Source: an uncultured Bacteroidales bacterium (GTDB taxonomy: Bacteria > Bacteroidota > Bacteroidia > Bacteroidales > VadinHA17). Taken from it: DNA of 64,000 bases. The notes beneath the pieces were generated by a model. The model made no database searches. It was not told where the DNA came from and saw nothing but the letters and a program-made list of their open reading frames with translations. Numbering within the stretch: position 1 is the first letter of the stretch; each line of letters begins with the position of its first letter. A program made the translations under genes and the position numbers. The stretch spans positions 1,454,981 to 1,518,980 of the forward strand of contig OY970346.1 of the NCBI GenBank assembly GCA_963717685.1, read 5' to 3'. Shown here one piece after another: positions 52,147 through 62,475 of this stretch.

Positions 52147-54492
52147 ATGGAAGTCAAAAAAGGCAACAGAAAATATCTGTTCTGGTTCTGGGGATTATTC
52201 ATTTTACCCTTTATTATTATTATTCTGTTATTTGTATTTATTTCAGAGGGGAAGCTCGGGCCGATGCCATCTTTCACTGAGCTTGAGAACCCTCATTACA
52301 ATCTTGCGGCAGAGGTGTACTCGGAAGACGGCGTGCTGCTTGGCAAAATAAGCGTGGAAAACAGGATGTGGACTGACTACAGAGACCTTTCGCCATACCT
52401 TGTAAATGCATTGGTAGCTACCGAGGATATAAGATACTACAGACATTCGGGGATTGATATACGCGGACTCGGCAGGGCAATAGTCAGGACAATTCTCCTT
52501 GGCCAGAATACGGGCGGAGGAAGCACGATCTCACAGCAGCTTGCAAAGCAGCTTTATCCCAGGGATACGGCAAGTGTTTCGGGATTTACCAGGAGATTAA
52601 GGCTTGGAGTATCCAAATTCAAGGAATGGCAAACAGCTGTAAAACTGGAAAACAGGTACACAAAGGAAGAAATTATTGCCATGTACCTTAATAAATATGA
52701 TTTCCTTTATCACGCCATCGGTATCAAATCGGCCGCTAAGGTATATTTCAATACAACACCTGACTCTCTCAACCTTCAACAGGCTGCCATGCTGATTGGA
52801 ATGCTCAAGAATTCAAGTGCATATAATCCGATCAAATACTATGACAGGATGCTCCAGAGAAGAAATGTGGTACTTACTCAGATGGCTAAATACGGATACA
52901 TTAAACCTGCAATTGCAGATTCGGTCAGGAAATTGCCCATTGAGCTCAATTTCCAGGTTGAGGATCACAACACCGGCAGGGCCACGTATTTCAGGGAATA
53001 CCTGAGAAACATAATGCGAAAGCCTGAACCTGACAGAAGCAAGTACGTACAGCAAACATCATACAATGATGCCTTATGGCAATGGCAGAACGACCCGCTT
53101 TATGGATGGTGCAACAAGAACAGGAAACCTGACGGGACCAATTACGATATCTATAAGGACGGGCTGAAAATATATACCACCGTCAACTCAAGGATGCAGC
53201 AATATGCCGAGGAGGCAGTAACGGAACATCTGTCAAAAGAGATACAACCGCAGTTTTACAGGACTGCAAGGTACTATAAGAATCCGCCCTACTCCGATGA
53301 TCTTAAAAAGGATGAAATAGATCAGCTTATCATGGCCTCGGTCAAGCAGAGCGACAGGTATTATATTATGAAGGCAAGAGGTTATTCCGATGACTCAATA
53401 ATGAAGGCCTTCAATACACCGGAAAGAATGACTGTCTTTTCGTGGAAAGGCGAAAGAGATACGGTCATGACGCCGCTTGATTCAATTAAATACTACAAAT
53501 ATTTCATAAGATCCGGCATTATGGTTGAAGATCCTCATTCAGGCTATGTGAAAGCATATGTAGGCGGACCGGATTTCAGGTATTTCAAATGGGATGCCGT
53601 GACCCAGCAAAGAAGACAGGTCGGAAGTACCATCAAACCCTTCCTGTATACTATCGCCATGCAGAATGGATATTCTCCGTGCTATGAGGTTGAAAATATC
53701 CCGCGATCATTCGATGTCGGAGACAGTACCTGGACGCCAAGAAGTTCTGGCCCCAAGGCATATCATGGGAAAATGGTGACACTGAAATGGGGTCTGGCTC
53801 AGTCCGAGAATTACATTTCGGCCTGGCTGATGGAACAGTTCCGGCCCTCGGCAGTAGCTGATCTGATGCATAAAATGGGAGTCAGAAGCTTCATTGATCC
53901 GGTTCCCTCTATATTCCTTGGAACATCTGACGTAAAGCTCGAGGAAATGGTCGGCGCTTATGGAACATTTGCAAATCATGGTATTTATGTAAAACCGATG
54001 TACGTCACCAGGATTGAGGATAAAAATGGCAATATCATATCCCGTTTCACACCGAAAATTGAGGAAGTATTGAGCGAGGAGACCTCGTATCTGATGCTCA
54101 ATTTGCTGCAGGGAGTTGTACTTACTGGTTCAGGACAGAGGTTAAGAAGGGATCCTTATAATCTCATGAACCAGATAGGAGGCAAGACGGGAACAACACA
54201 GGAACACTCCGATGGCTGGTTTATGGGAGTTACACCCAATCTCGTGGGCGGAGTATGGAGTGGATGGGAAGACCGGGCAATTCATTTCGAAACTCTCGGA
54301 GAAGGACAGGGGGCAAATATGGCATTGCCTGTACTGGCGATCTTCCTGAGAAAACTCTATAATGATCCTCAGTTCAGCAACATGGAAGCAGATGAATTTG
54401 AACGTCCTTCCAGTTTCAATATCGAGCTTGATTGCGATAAAGTCAAACGGGAAAACTCAAGAAGGGACAATACTTTCAGGGACAGATACTAG
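52147..54492 (+). CDS. mrcA: Penicillin-binding protein 1A (bifunctional transglycosylase/transpeptidase)
   Basis: GT51 motifs EDIRYYRHSGID and GGSTISQQLAK. Transpeptidase motifs STIKP (SxxK), SEN (SxN) and KTGT. The start is set at ATG 52147 (MEVKKGN...). Confidence 0.9.
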   Translation: MEVKKGNRKYLFWFWGLFILPFIIIILLFVFISEGKLGPMPSFTELENPHYNLAAEVYSEDGVLLGKISVENRMWTDYRDLSPYLVNALVATEDIRYYRHSGIDIRGLGRAIVRTILLGQNTGGGSTISQQLAKQLYPRDTASVSGFTRRLRLGVSKFKEWQTAVKLENRYTKEEIIAMYLNKYDFLYHAIGIKSAAKVYFNTTPDSLNLQQAAMLIGMLKNSSAYNPIKYYDRMLQRRNVVLTQMAKYGYIKPAIADSVRKLPIELNFQVEDHNTGRATYFREYLRNIMRKPEPDRSKYVQQTSYNDALWQWQNDPLYGWCNKNRKPDGTNYDIYKDGLKIYTTVNSRMQQYAEEAVTEHLSKEIQPQFYRTARYYKNPPYSDDLKKDEIDQLIMASVKQSDRYYIMKARGYSDDSIMKAFNTPERMTVFSWKGERDTVMTPLDSIKYYKYFIRSGIMVEDPHSGYVKAYVGGPDFRYFKWDAVTQQRRQVGSTIKPFLYTIAMQNGYSPCYEVENIPRSFDVGDSTWTPRSSGPKAYHGKMVTLKWGLAQSENYISAWLMEQFRPSAVADLMHKMGVRSFIDPVPSIFLGTSDVKLEEMVGAYGTFANHGIYVKPMYVTRIEDKNGNIISRFTPKIEEVLSEETSYLMLNLLQGVVLTGSGQRLRRDPYNLMNQIGGKTGTTQEHSDGWFMGVTPNLVGGVWSGWEDRAIHFETLGEGQGANMALPVLAIFLRKLYNDPQFSNMEADEFERPSSFNIELDCDKVKRENSRRDNTFRDRY

Positions 54493-54563
54493 CCAGACTC
54501 AGGCAGGCAGCAGTGCCAGGTTTAAATGCTCAGCCCGGAAGTCTATGAGCTGAATGGTATGGT

Positions 54564-55925
54564 TTAGCTGAAAAGGGATCTGACGAGGTTTTCTATTTTG
54601 CCTGTATGCACTAACTCAATATCGATGCCCTTTATTGGGATATTCTTTTGATATTTTGAGATATATATCTTCCTAAAACCCATCTTGGAAGCTTCCCTTA
54701 TCCGCTGTTCAATTCTCGAAACTGGACGAATTTCTCCTGACAGTCCGGTTTCGCCTGCAAAACACACCTCCCTCGGAACAGGAATATCCAGGCTGGAAGA
54801 AAGCACAGAACTCACTATTGCAAGATCAATTGCTGGATCAGCCACCTTGATGCCGCCTGCTATATTAAGGAAAACATCCTTTATTCCCAGCCTGAATCCG
54901 GCTCTTTTTTCAAGCACCGCAAGAAGCATGTTGAGGCGGCGGATATCAAATCCGGTAGCGCTTCTCTGGGGCGTTCCGTAAACGGCGCTGCTGACGAGTG
55001 CCTGTATTTCTATAAGAAATGGCCTTAGTCCGTCGACTGTGGCTGCTATTGATATTCCGCTCAAAGGTTCATCATGCTGGTTGATAAACATATCAGAAGG
55101 GTTGGACACTTCTTTCAGTCCTGCTTCAGCCATTTCGAAAATTCCTATCTCTGATGTGGAACCAAACCTGTTCTTGGCCGAACGCAGGATCCTGTATGAA
55201 TAATTATTATCGCCTTCAAAATAAAGGACTACATCAACAATATGCTCCAGTACTTTTGGGCCGGCAAGAGTGCCATCCTTGGTAATATGGCCAATTATGA
55301 ACACCGGGATGTTGGTTATTTTTGAATATTTCAACAGTTGTGCTGCACATTCACGGACCTGGGAAACGGATCCTGCCGACGATTCGATTAATTCGATGGT
55401 CATTGTCTGAATGGAATCGATTATTATAAGTCCGGGTTTCAGATTCTCGGAATGTGCCACTATTGATTCAAGGCTTGTTTCACTCAGGATATAGCAAAAC
55501 GGATTGGATCTTTTCAATCTTCTTGCTCTCAGGCTTATCTGCTCTTCGCTTTCTTCTCCCGAGACGTACAATATTTTCTTGCCTTTCAAAGCAATTGCAA
55601 GCTGCAGGGCCAGCGTCGATTTTCCCACCCCCGGCTCACCACCCAACAGGATAACAGAACCATTTACCATACCTCCACCCAGGATCCTGTCAAGTTCAGA
55701 AATCCCTGTATTAAGCCTGTTCTTTTCATCTGCCTCTATATTGTCGAGAAGCTGCGGCTTCTTTTTTTCAATGCCGGCGGAATATGATAACTCACGGGAA
55801 GAAGGAGGAGCGACGATCTCCTCATGGTATGTATTCCACTCCTTGCAAACAGGACATCTGCCGATCCATTTGGCTGACTCAGCTCCGCAATTCTGGCATA
55901 CAAATACTGTTTTGGATTTAGGCAT
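54564..55925 (-). CDS. radA: DNA repair protein RadA
   Basis: 453 aa. Zinc finger CQNCGAESAKWIGRCPVCKEW, Walker A GGEPGVGKST, KNRFG motif and a Lon-like C-terminal domain. Confidence 0.95.
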   Translation of the reverse strand: MPKSKTVFVCQNCGAESAKWIGRCPVCKEWNTYHEEIVAPPSSRELSYSAGIEKKKPQLLDNIEADEKNRLNTGISELDRILGGGMVNGSVILLGGEPGVGKSTLALQLAIALKGKKILYVSGEESEEQISLRARRLKRSNPFCYILSETSLESIVAHSENLKPGLIIIDSIQTMTIELIESSAGSVSQVRECAAQLLKYSKITNIPVFIIGHITKDGTLAGPKVLEHIVDVVLYFEGDNNYSYRILRSAKNRFGSTSEIGIFEMAEAGLKEVSNPSDMFINQHDEPLSGISIAATVDGLRPFLIEIQALVSSAVYGTPQRSATGFDIRRLNMLLAVLEKRAGFRLGIKDVFLNIAGGIKVADPAIDLAIVSSVLSSSLDIPVPREVCFAGETGLSGEIRPVSRIEQRIREASKMGFRKIYISKYQKNIPIKGIDIELVHTGKIENLVRSLFS

Positions 55926-55936
55926 AGCATGTGTTA

Positions 55937-56986
55937 TTATGGCATCTCTTTCTTAGAAAGGAGGCCTGGTCCATCATCTTTATGGTGATGAAAGCCATAC
56001 AGGGCGAAAAACGAGAAAATCCCGAGGATCAGTACGAAAATAAGCTGCGATTCATGGGCAAGCAGAGCATAGACAAGCCCGTCTTCAAGCTTAATTCCAT
56101 GGACAACTGCAAGGCCTCTTGAGACAGTATAGTGAAATACACCCAGGCCGCTTTGAACTGGAGCCGACATTGCAAGCCCGCCTATAACGAGGATAAAGAT
56201 TGAGCTCCAGAATGAAATATCAGATGTGCTCCTGAGGGAGAATACGACAAACCAGGTCATCAGAGCATAGTTTAACCATATGAAAATAGTATGGAAAATG
56301 AACTCCCATTTCCTGTCAAGGCTGATTATGGTTTTAAAGCCGTCTAAAATACCCCTTGCGATGTCAAAAATTTTAGCAAAGAGCCTTATTTCACGAAGGC
56401 TTTTCTTGTATTTTATCATCACTGCCAGAGCAATGATTCCCATGGCAGCCAGAATAATCCAGAAAATCCATGTCATTCCGAAAGGCGAGAGCACCTTTTC
56501 CTGAAAGGGTTTCAGGATGCTGTCATTCAGGAATTGTCTTATAAGCTTTCCGCTGGCGAAGATCAATGCAAATGTAATCAGGAGCAGGGTCAGGAAATCG
56601 ATAGTACGCTCAATAACCACCGTCCCGAAAAGCTTATCGACAGGAATTTTTTCCTTTTTGCCGAGGACAACGCAACGGGTCACTTCACCTATTCGCGGGA
56701 GTGCCAGGTTTGCAAGATATCCCGACATCAGGGCATAAAAGGTATTCTTAAATAAAGGATGATATCCGAGAGGATGGATAAGGATCATCCAGCGCCGTGC
56801 CCTGCTCAGATAAGCCAGCAAGGCAAATAAAAGTGAGAAAATGACCCAGAAGTAGTTGGCTTTCTCCAGGCCCTCCCAAAGACTTCTGAAATTGACGTTT
56901 CGGAATGCAAGCCAGAGAAGCAGGATCCCGACCGCAAGAAAAGCAAGGAACTTCAGTGATTGTATGACACTCTTATTTAGCTTCAA
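55937..56986 (-). CDS. Flippase-like / UPF0104 (lysyl-PG-synthase TM-region type) membrane protein
   Basis: 349 aa polytopic membrane protein. Pattern and length fit the family. 4-nt overlap with panD. Confidence 0.6.
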   Translation of the reverse strand: MKLNKSVIQSLKFLAFLAVGILLLWLAFRNVNFRSLWEGLEKANYFWVIFSLLFALLAYLSRARRWMILIHPLGYHPLFKNTFYALMSGYLANLALPRIGEVTRCVVLGKKEKIPVDKLFGTVVIERTIDFLTLLLITFALIFASGKLIRQFLNDSILKPFQEKVLSPFGMTWIFWIILAAMGIIALAVMIKYKKSLREIRLFAKIFDIARGILDGFKTIISLDRKWEFIFHTIFIWLNYALMTWFVVFSLRSTSDISFWSSIFILVIGGLAMSAPVQSGLGVFHYTVSRGLAVVHGIKLEDGLVYALLAHESQLIFVLILGIFSFFALYGFHHHKDDGPGLLSKKEMP

Positions 56987-57333
56987 ATCAGTTTATTGGT
57001 TTTTGTATCAGGGAAAATGACCACCGGACGGAAAGATTTTGCTTCCTCAAAATCCATTGATGCAAACGACATGATAAGAATAATATCTCCGACAACCGCT
57101 TTTCTTGCAGCTGCACCGTTAAGGCAGACGGATCCCGAACCTCTTTTCCCTTTTATCACATAGGTTTCAAGACGTTCTCCGTTATTCAGATTCAGGACCT
57201 GAACTTTTTCATTTTCAAGAATATTGGCAGCATCCATCAGGTCTTCATCGATGGAAATGCTTCCTATATAGTTAAGGTTGGCATCCGTCACAGTTACCCT
57301 GTGAATTTTCGATTTAAGTACTTCAATTAACAT
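56983..57333 (-). CDS. panD: Aspartate 1-decarboxylase
   Basis: 116 aa. N-terminus [23 protein letters not shown] contains the Gly-Ser self-cleavage site. Confidence 0.93.
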   Translation of the reverse strand: MLIEVLKSKIHRVTVTDANLNYIGSISIDEDLMDAANILENEKVQVLNLNNGERLETYVIKGKRGSGSVCLNGAAARKAVVGDIILIMSFASMDFEEAKSFRPVVIFPDTKTNKLI

Positions 57334-57387
57334 TTCCGTTCAGTTGCTTTGTATAAACGTCGGTGCAAAGTTAATCATCCTTTTGAT

Positions 57388-58245
57388 TTACGCCAACGGG
57401 AGTTCAATATTATCGATAAGCCTTATTTTACCTGCCGTTACTGCGATACACCCGAAATATTTTTTCCCTTTATTAATTTCCCTGACTGAATTTACTGGAA
57501 TAAGCTCAATGTCGTCAACTATTTCAAAATATTCCACTTTAAATCCTATTTTGTTTTCAATGGCATTTTTGACATGGTTTTTAATGAAAGGGACATCTTT
57601 ATGCCCCATCATGGCTGCGGCTTCGGAGATCGTCCGGTATATAATGGAGGCATTTACCCGTATCCCGGGTTCCAGGAGCCTGTTTCGGCTGCTCATTGCC
57701 AGGCCGTCAGCCTCCCTTATTATCGGGCAAGCCTCTATTTTCACTTCGAGATTCATCTGCCTTACAAGGTTTTTTATTACCGCGACCTGCTGAAAATCCT
57801 TAAGGCCGAAATAGGCTATATCAGGCCGGATTATATCAAAGAGCTTGCTTACGATCTGGGCGACTCCGTTAAAATGGCCGGGACGCCGGACTGCCTCCAT
57901 GACATTTTCAAGATTTCCGAAATGAAATATCCTCTTATCCTCAGAGGGATACATTTCATGATCATCCGGAATGAAAACGATATCCTCTTCCCTTATGATT
58001 CCTTTTAAAAGCGAAAGATCAGCCCCGGGGGTTCTGGGGTACCGTTCAAGATCTGACTTGTCGTTGAACTGCGTCGGATTCACATAAATGCTGATTACTG
58101 CAAGGGGGCATTCGTCTGTTGCATTCCTGACAAGCGAAAGATGTCCTTCGTGCAGGGCGCCCATCGTAGGAACAAAGCCCACCGGATGCAGCCGGAGCCT
58201 ATTTATCCGCTCCTTAATTTCATTTATGGTTCTGATGATTTTCAT
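57388..58245 (-). CDS. panC: Pantoate--beta-alanine ligase
   Basis: 285 aa. VPTMGALHEGHLSL motif. Confidence 0.93.
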   Translation of the reverse strand: MKIIRTINEIKERINRLRLHPVGFVPTMGALHEGHLSLVRNATDECPLAVISIYVNPTQFNDKSDLERYPRTPGADLSLLKGIIREEDIVFIPDDHEMYPSEDKRIFHFGNLENVMEAVRRPGHFNGVAQIVSKLFDIIRPDIAYFGLKDFQQVAVIKNLVRQMNLEVKIEACPIIREADGLAMSSRNRLLEPGIRVNASIIYRTISEAAAMMGHKDVPFIKNHVKNAIENKIGFKVEYFEIVDDIELIPVNSVREINKGKKYFGCIAVTAGKIRLIDNIELPLA

Positions 58246-58380
58246 GTCAGGATTTTTTCTTGCAAATTTAAGAGTATTGGCGGAACCGGAATTCTTTTAT
58301 TGGCTTTATATAAAGTAAATAGCCTAGTTTCAGGGTGCCTTTAAAGATACCAACTTGTTAATTATCTCATTAATTATTAT

Positions 58381-58388
58381 TAACTTTG
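58381..58388 (+). promoter_or_regulatory. -7 box (TAnnTTTG) upstream of the glgA-like gene
   Basis: taactttg at 58381-58388, 35 nt before the ATG at 58424. Confidence 0.35.
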
Positions 58389-58423
58389 CACCTTATTAAG
58401 AAATGGAATACTGAGGCAGGTAA

Positions 58424-59230
58424 ATGGAAAGCAGAAAGGTTTTGTTCATTTCACAGGAGATTACTCCTTATCTGGGGGAAACCAAGTTATCAAAGATAGG
58501 CAGGTATCTGCCGCAGGGCATTCAGGAAAGAGGAAAGGAGATCCGTACTTTCATGCCAAGGTATGGATGCATAAATGAGCGCAGGAACCAGCTTCATGAA
58601 GTTATAAGGCTTTCCGGGATGAACCTGATAATTGACGATACCGATCATCCGCTGATTATAAAGGTAGCTTCTATTCAGAGCGCCAGGATGCAGGTTTATT
58701 TCATTGATAATGATGATTATTTCCAGAGAAAATTTACTGTTGTTGATTCGAGCGGAAAGGAATTTGATGACAATGATGAACGCGCACTTTTCTTTGCACG
58801 AGGAGTGATAGAGACCGTCAAAAAGCTTCGCTGGGCTCCGGATATAGTTCACTGTCATGGCTGGATGTCGGCACTGGTGCCCGTTTATCTCAAAAGCATC
58901 TACAGTGACGACCCGCTGTTCCATAATTACAAAATTATATATTCGATTTACAATAATGACTTTAAAACTCCGTTTAGATCAACGTTTGCCGATAAGTTAA
59001 GATTTGACGGTATTGACGGCGAAAACCTTAAACTGGTAAAAAAGCCCGATTTTATTAATGTTTCAAAACTGGCAATAAAATATTCCGACGGGATTATTAT
59101 CGGAAGTGAGGAAATCAATACTGATTTGATGAAATACCTGAAGACAGTCAACAAGCCTGTTCTTCAATATAAAGATGAGAGCCAATACATTGATGCCTAT
59201 AATGAATTTTATGACAAGATTTTATCGTAG
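58424..59230 (+). CDS. Glycogen/starch synthase-like protein (short Bacteroidetes form)
   Basis: 268 aa. KVLFISQEITPY...HCHGWMSALVP is typical of the starch-synthase catalytic N-domain. Confidence 0.75.
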   Translation: MESRKVLFISQEITPYLGETKLSKIGRYLPQGIQERGKEIRTFMPRYGCINERRNQLHEVIRLSGMNLIIDDTDHPLIIKVASIQSARMQVYFIDNDDYFQRKFTVVDSSGKEFDDNDERALFFARGVIETVKKLRWAPDIVHCHGWMSALVPVYLKSIYSDDPLFHNYKIIYSIYNNDFKTPFRSTFADKLRFDGIDGENLKLVKKPDFINVSKLAIKYSDGIIIGSEEINTDLMKYLKTVNKPVLQYKDESQYIDAYNEFYDKILS

Positions 59231-60572
59231 TTTTATATCTCCCCGAAGGCAATTTTCAGCGAATATCCTTAAATTAATTACTCTATTATTTTTCACAGGC
59301 ATCCTGTTTTATACATCATCCTGTGAAAAAGGAGCAACCAAAATTGGTTCGAGCCTTCTGCCTGGCAATGATTTTGTGACCATTAAGTCAACAGATTCCA
59401 TGACGGTCAAATCTTTCACCCTGTTTACTGATTCCGTACCTACGGCCGAACCGTCCATATCGTTCCTGGGCACTGCATATAATCCGTATTTTGGAACGAC
59501 CACTGCAGGTTTTGTTAGCCAGCTCAGACTCGAGGATTCTCTTACTGATGTTTCTTTCTATGTCATAGATTCAATAAACCTGTATCTTAAGTTCCTGACG
59601 GTCAGGGGAGATGTCAGCGGTGAGCATTATTTAAGGCTTTCAGAAATATCTAATGAGATATATGTAGATACAGTATATTATTCGAATGCCCCCGTTCCGC
59701 TTACAGGTTATGTGGTTGACAATATACCGCTTCCTGCCCTGAAGGCTGATACAATAAACAGCGTGACAGTCAATGTCCCAAAATCTTTCGCAGAATACCT
59801 GATGAGGGATCAGTCAATGCTTTTCTTGAGCGACAGCAAGCCGGATTTCAGATCATTCTTCAAAGGCTTGTACGTCCAGCTCCTCTCACCTGATAACCCT
59901 CTCATGGTATCAGTAAGCCTTGCCCCTCCCGGATCAGCTGCTTCATATTCCAACTATTTTTCGGTATTCATGCATGATGAATATGGAAGTACGAACACAT
60001 ATAGTTTTCTCCTCGACGCAAATGTTACCAATGCATCTTATAATGTTTATCAGCATGATTTCACAACTGCGGAGACAGGTAAAAAGATTCAGCATATAAA
60101 CGATTACTATGCTGATACGCTATCTTACGCCGAAAACATGAACGGACTTTTTACCAGGATTGAATTCCCGAGTCTTCCTGCGCTTAAAAAAGACCCCGCG
60201 TTGAGTAAAATTGCAGTAAATAAGGCACGGCTTATTATCCCGGTTGTTTATGACGGAATTAATTATATTCCCTCCACTATTCCTACAATCCTGTACCTCA
60301 GGTACCTAACTACGACAGGCAAAAAATACATTGTTCCCGATTACTCCTCCGTAAGTGCGACATTTTATGACGGCACGCCTGATACGACCGTAGCGAATGC
60401 ATACAACCTTAATATAGCTACTTTCTTGCAGGATTATCTTGATGATACTGCCGATACCATAAAGCCGGAACTTGAACTTTTTGTGGCCGATACATCCAAG
60501 TATGACGTCATCCTTAAAGCCAATAAAAGCTATAAACCTGTTAAATTTCAATTTACCTATACTAAGTTCTAG
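59175..60572 (+). CDS. Hypothetical lipoprotein (DUF4270-like)
   Basis: Lipobox LFYTSSCEKG. This is the usual neighbour of the short glgA-like gene in Bacteroidetes. The real start is probably an internal Met (59202 or 59211), which would reduce the 56-nt overlap. Confidence 0.7.
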   Translation: MRANTLMPIMNFMTRFYRSFISPRRQFSANILKLITLLFFTGILFYTSSCEKGATKIGSSLLPGNDFVTIKSTDSMTVKSFTLFTDSVPTAEPSISFLGTAYNPYFGTTTAGFVSQLRLEDSLTDVSFYVIDSINLYLKFLTVRGDVSGEHYLRLSEISNEIYVDTVYYSNAPVPLTGYVVDNIPLPALKADTINSVTVNVPKSFAEYLMRDQSMLFLSDSKPDFRSFFKGLYVQLLSPDNPLMVSVSLAPPGSAASYSNYFSVFMHDEYGSTNTYSFLLDANVTNASYNVYQHDFTTAETGKKIQHINDYYADTLSYAENMNGLFTRIEFPSLPALKKDPALSKIAVNKARLIIPVVYDGINYIPSTIPTILYLRYLTTTGKKYIVPDYSSVSATFYDGTPDTTVANAYNLNIATFLQDYLDDTADTIKPELELFVADTSKYDVILKANKSYKPVKFQFTYTKF

Positions 60573-60622
60573 ATTTTTAGAACCAATTTGGCTAAATTCG
60601 TACCTGCAACCTTTTAAGGAAA

Positions 60623-62458
60623 ATGTGCGGAATTATTGGTTATATAGGTTCCAGGCCGGCACGTAATATTGTGCTCAATGGACTTAAACGGCTGGAATAC
60701 CGGGGTTATGATTCAGCCGGAATGGCACTTATTAACGGTGAGACCAAAATCTTCAAATGCAAGGGGAGAGTGAAGGACCTGGAAGAGATGGTCAATCAAT
60801 CGAACTTTGACGGAACCACAGGCATGGGACATACCAGGTGGGCTACTCATGGAGAGCCTAATGAGCTCAACGCTCACCCGCAGGTATCGTACAGGGGAAA
60901 TTTCGTGGTCGTTCATAACGGCATAATAGAGAATTATGCCCTGCTCAAGAAGCATCTGCAAAGCCGTGGAATTAATTTTATAAGCCAGACCGATACAGAA
61001 GTCCTTGCAAATCTTATAGAGCATCTTTATATCGAGGGAGATCTTACTGCAGAGCAAGCTATTACCATGGCCCTTCAGAGGGTCAGTGGTGCCTATGGCC
61101 TTGTCATTATATGCACAAAGGAACCCGACACGCTTTTTGCAGCCAAAAAGGGAAGCCCGCTTGTTATCGGGGTAGGGGAAGGCGAGAATTTCATAGCTTC
61201 CGATGCAACTCCGATAGTGGAATACACCCAGAAGGTGATATACCTGAATGATGACGATATAGCCATTATCAGGAAAGATAAGCTTATTCTTAAAACATTA
61301 AGGAATGAAATGATAAAACCAGTCGTCAGGGAGCTTGATCTCAAAATTGGAGAGATAGATAAAGAAGGATTTGCTCATTTTATGCTGAAGGAAATTTTCG
61401 AGCAACCGAGAGCAATACATGACACATTCAGGGGAAGAGTGCTTCCCGATCATTCAGGCATAATGCTGGGAGGTCTTCATGACGTTCTTGATTCAATGTC
61501 CCAGGCCGAAAGGATCATCATAGTAGGTTGCGGGACATCCTGGCATGCAGGACTTCTTGGAGAATATTTTTTCGAAGAATATACAAGGATTCCCGTCGAG
61601 GTTGAATATGCTTCGGAATTCCGTTACAGGGATCCGATAATAAGGAAAGGAGATATTGTCATAGCCATAAGCCAAAGCGGAGAGACAGCCGATACTCTTG
61701 CAGCAGTCAGGCTGGCAAGGGAGAAAGGAGCCAAGGTTATTGGGATCTGCAATGTGGTTGGCAGCAGCATTCCCCGTGAGACAGATGCAGGGGTGTACAC
61801 GCATGCCGGACCAGAAATAGGAGTTGCTTCAACAAAGGCTTTCACTACACAGGTTACGGTCCTGGCAATGATGGCTTTCGAGATTGGCCACCTGAAAGGC
61901 ATAATATCAGATTCATTTTATACGGGTCTGATAACAGAACTGGCCTCCATACCCTCGAAAATAGAAAAAACCCTTAAGGTCAATGAACAGGCAATGACTC
62001 TTGCAAAAGTATTTCAGGATACGCACAATGCACTTTACCTTGGAAGAGGATACCTTTTCCCTGTGGCGCTTGAAGGAGCTTTAAAGCTAAAGGAGATATC
62101 GTACATACATGCCGAGGGCTATCCTGCTGCTGAAATGAAGCACGGTCCCATTGCTCTTATTGATGAAAATATGCCGGTTGTCGTGGTTGCTACAAAGGAC
62201 GATACCTATGAAAAGATAATTAGTAACATCCAGGAGATAAAGGCAAGAAAGGGAAAGGTCATTGCAATTGTCACTGAAGGAGATGAGATAATAAGGAAAA
62301 TGGCCGATTATGTCCTGGAAGTCCCTGTTACCTTACCTGTATTTTCAGGTCTTCTTGCTGTCATTCCTCTTCAGCTTTTGTCATATCACATAGCTGTTCT
62401 TCGCGGATGCAATGTAGACCAGCCAAGAAACCTCGCAAAATCGGTTACTGTGGAATAG
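60623..62458 (+). CDS. glmS: Glutamine--fructose-6-phosphate aminotransferase
   Basis: 611 aa. N-terminal MCGIIGY (Ntn Cys), two SIS domains and a C-terminal KSVTVE. Confidence 0.96.
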   Translation: MCGIIGYIGSRPARNIVLNGLKRLEYRGYDSAGMALINGETKIFKCKGRVKDLEEMVNQSNFDGTTGMGHTRWATHGEPNELNAHPQVSYRGNFVVVHNGIIENYALLKKHLQSRGINFISQTDTEVLANLIEHLYIEGDLTAEQAITMALQRVSGAYGLVIICTKEPDTLFAAKKGSPLVIGVGEGENFIASDATPIVEYTQKVIYLNDDDIAIIRKDKLILKTLRNEMIKPVVRELDLKIGEIDKEGFAHFMLKEIFEQPRAIHDTFRGRVLPDHSGIMLGGLHDVLDSMSQAERIIIVGCGTSWHAGLLGEYFFEEYTRIPVEVEYASEFRYRDPIIRKGDIVIAISQSGETADTLAAVRLAREKGAKVIGICNVVGSSIPRETDAGVYTHAGPEIGVASTKAFTTQVTVLAMMAFEIGHLKGIISDSFYTGLITELASIPSKIEKTLKVNEQAMTLAKVFQDTHNALYLGRGYLFPVALEGALKLKEISYIHAEGYPAAEMKHGPIALIDENMPVVVVATKDDTYEKIISNIQEIKARKGKVIAIVTEGDEIIRKMADYVLEVPVTLPVFSGLLAVIPLQLLSYHIAVLRGCNVDQPRNLAKSVTVE

Positions 62459-62475
62459 ACACAATAATTTTTTAT

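Noticed and set aside
57344-58008. 149-aa and 144-aa + strand ORFs
   Set aside because: Both are antisense to panC, which has a clear signature (PTMGALHEGH).
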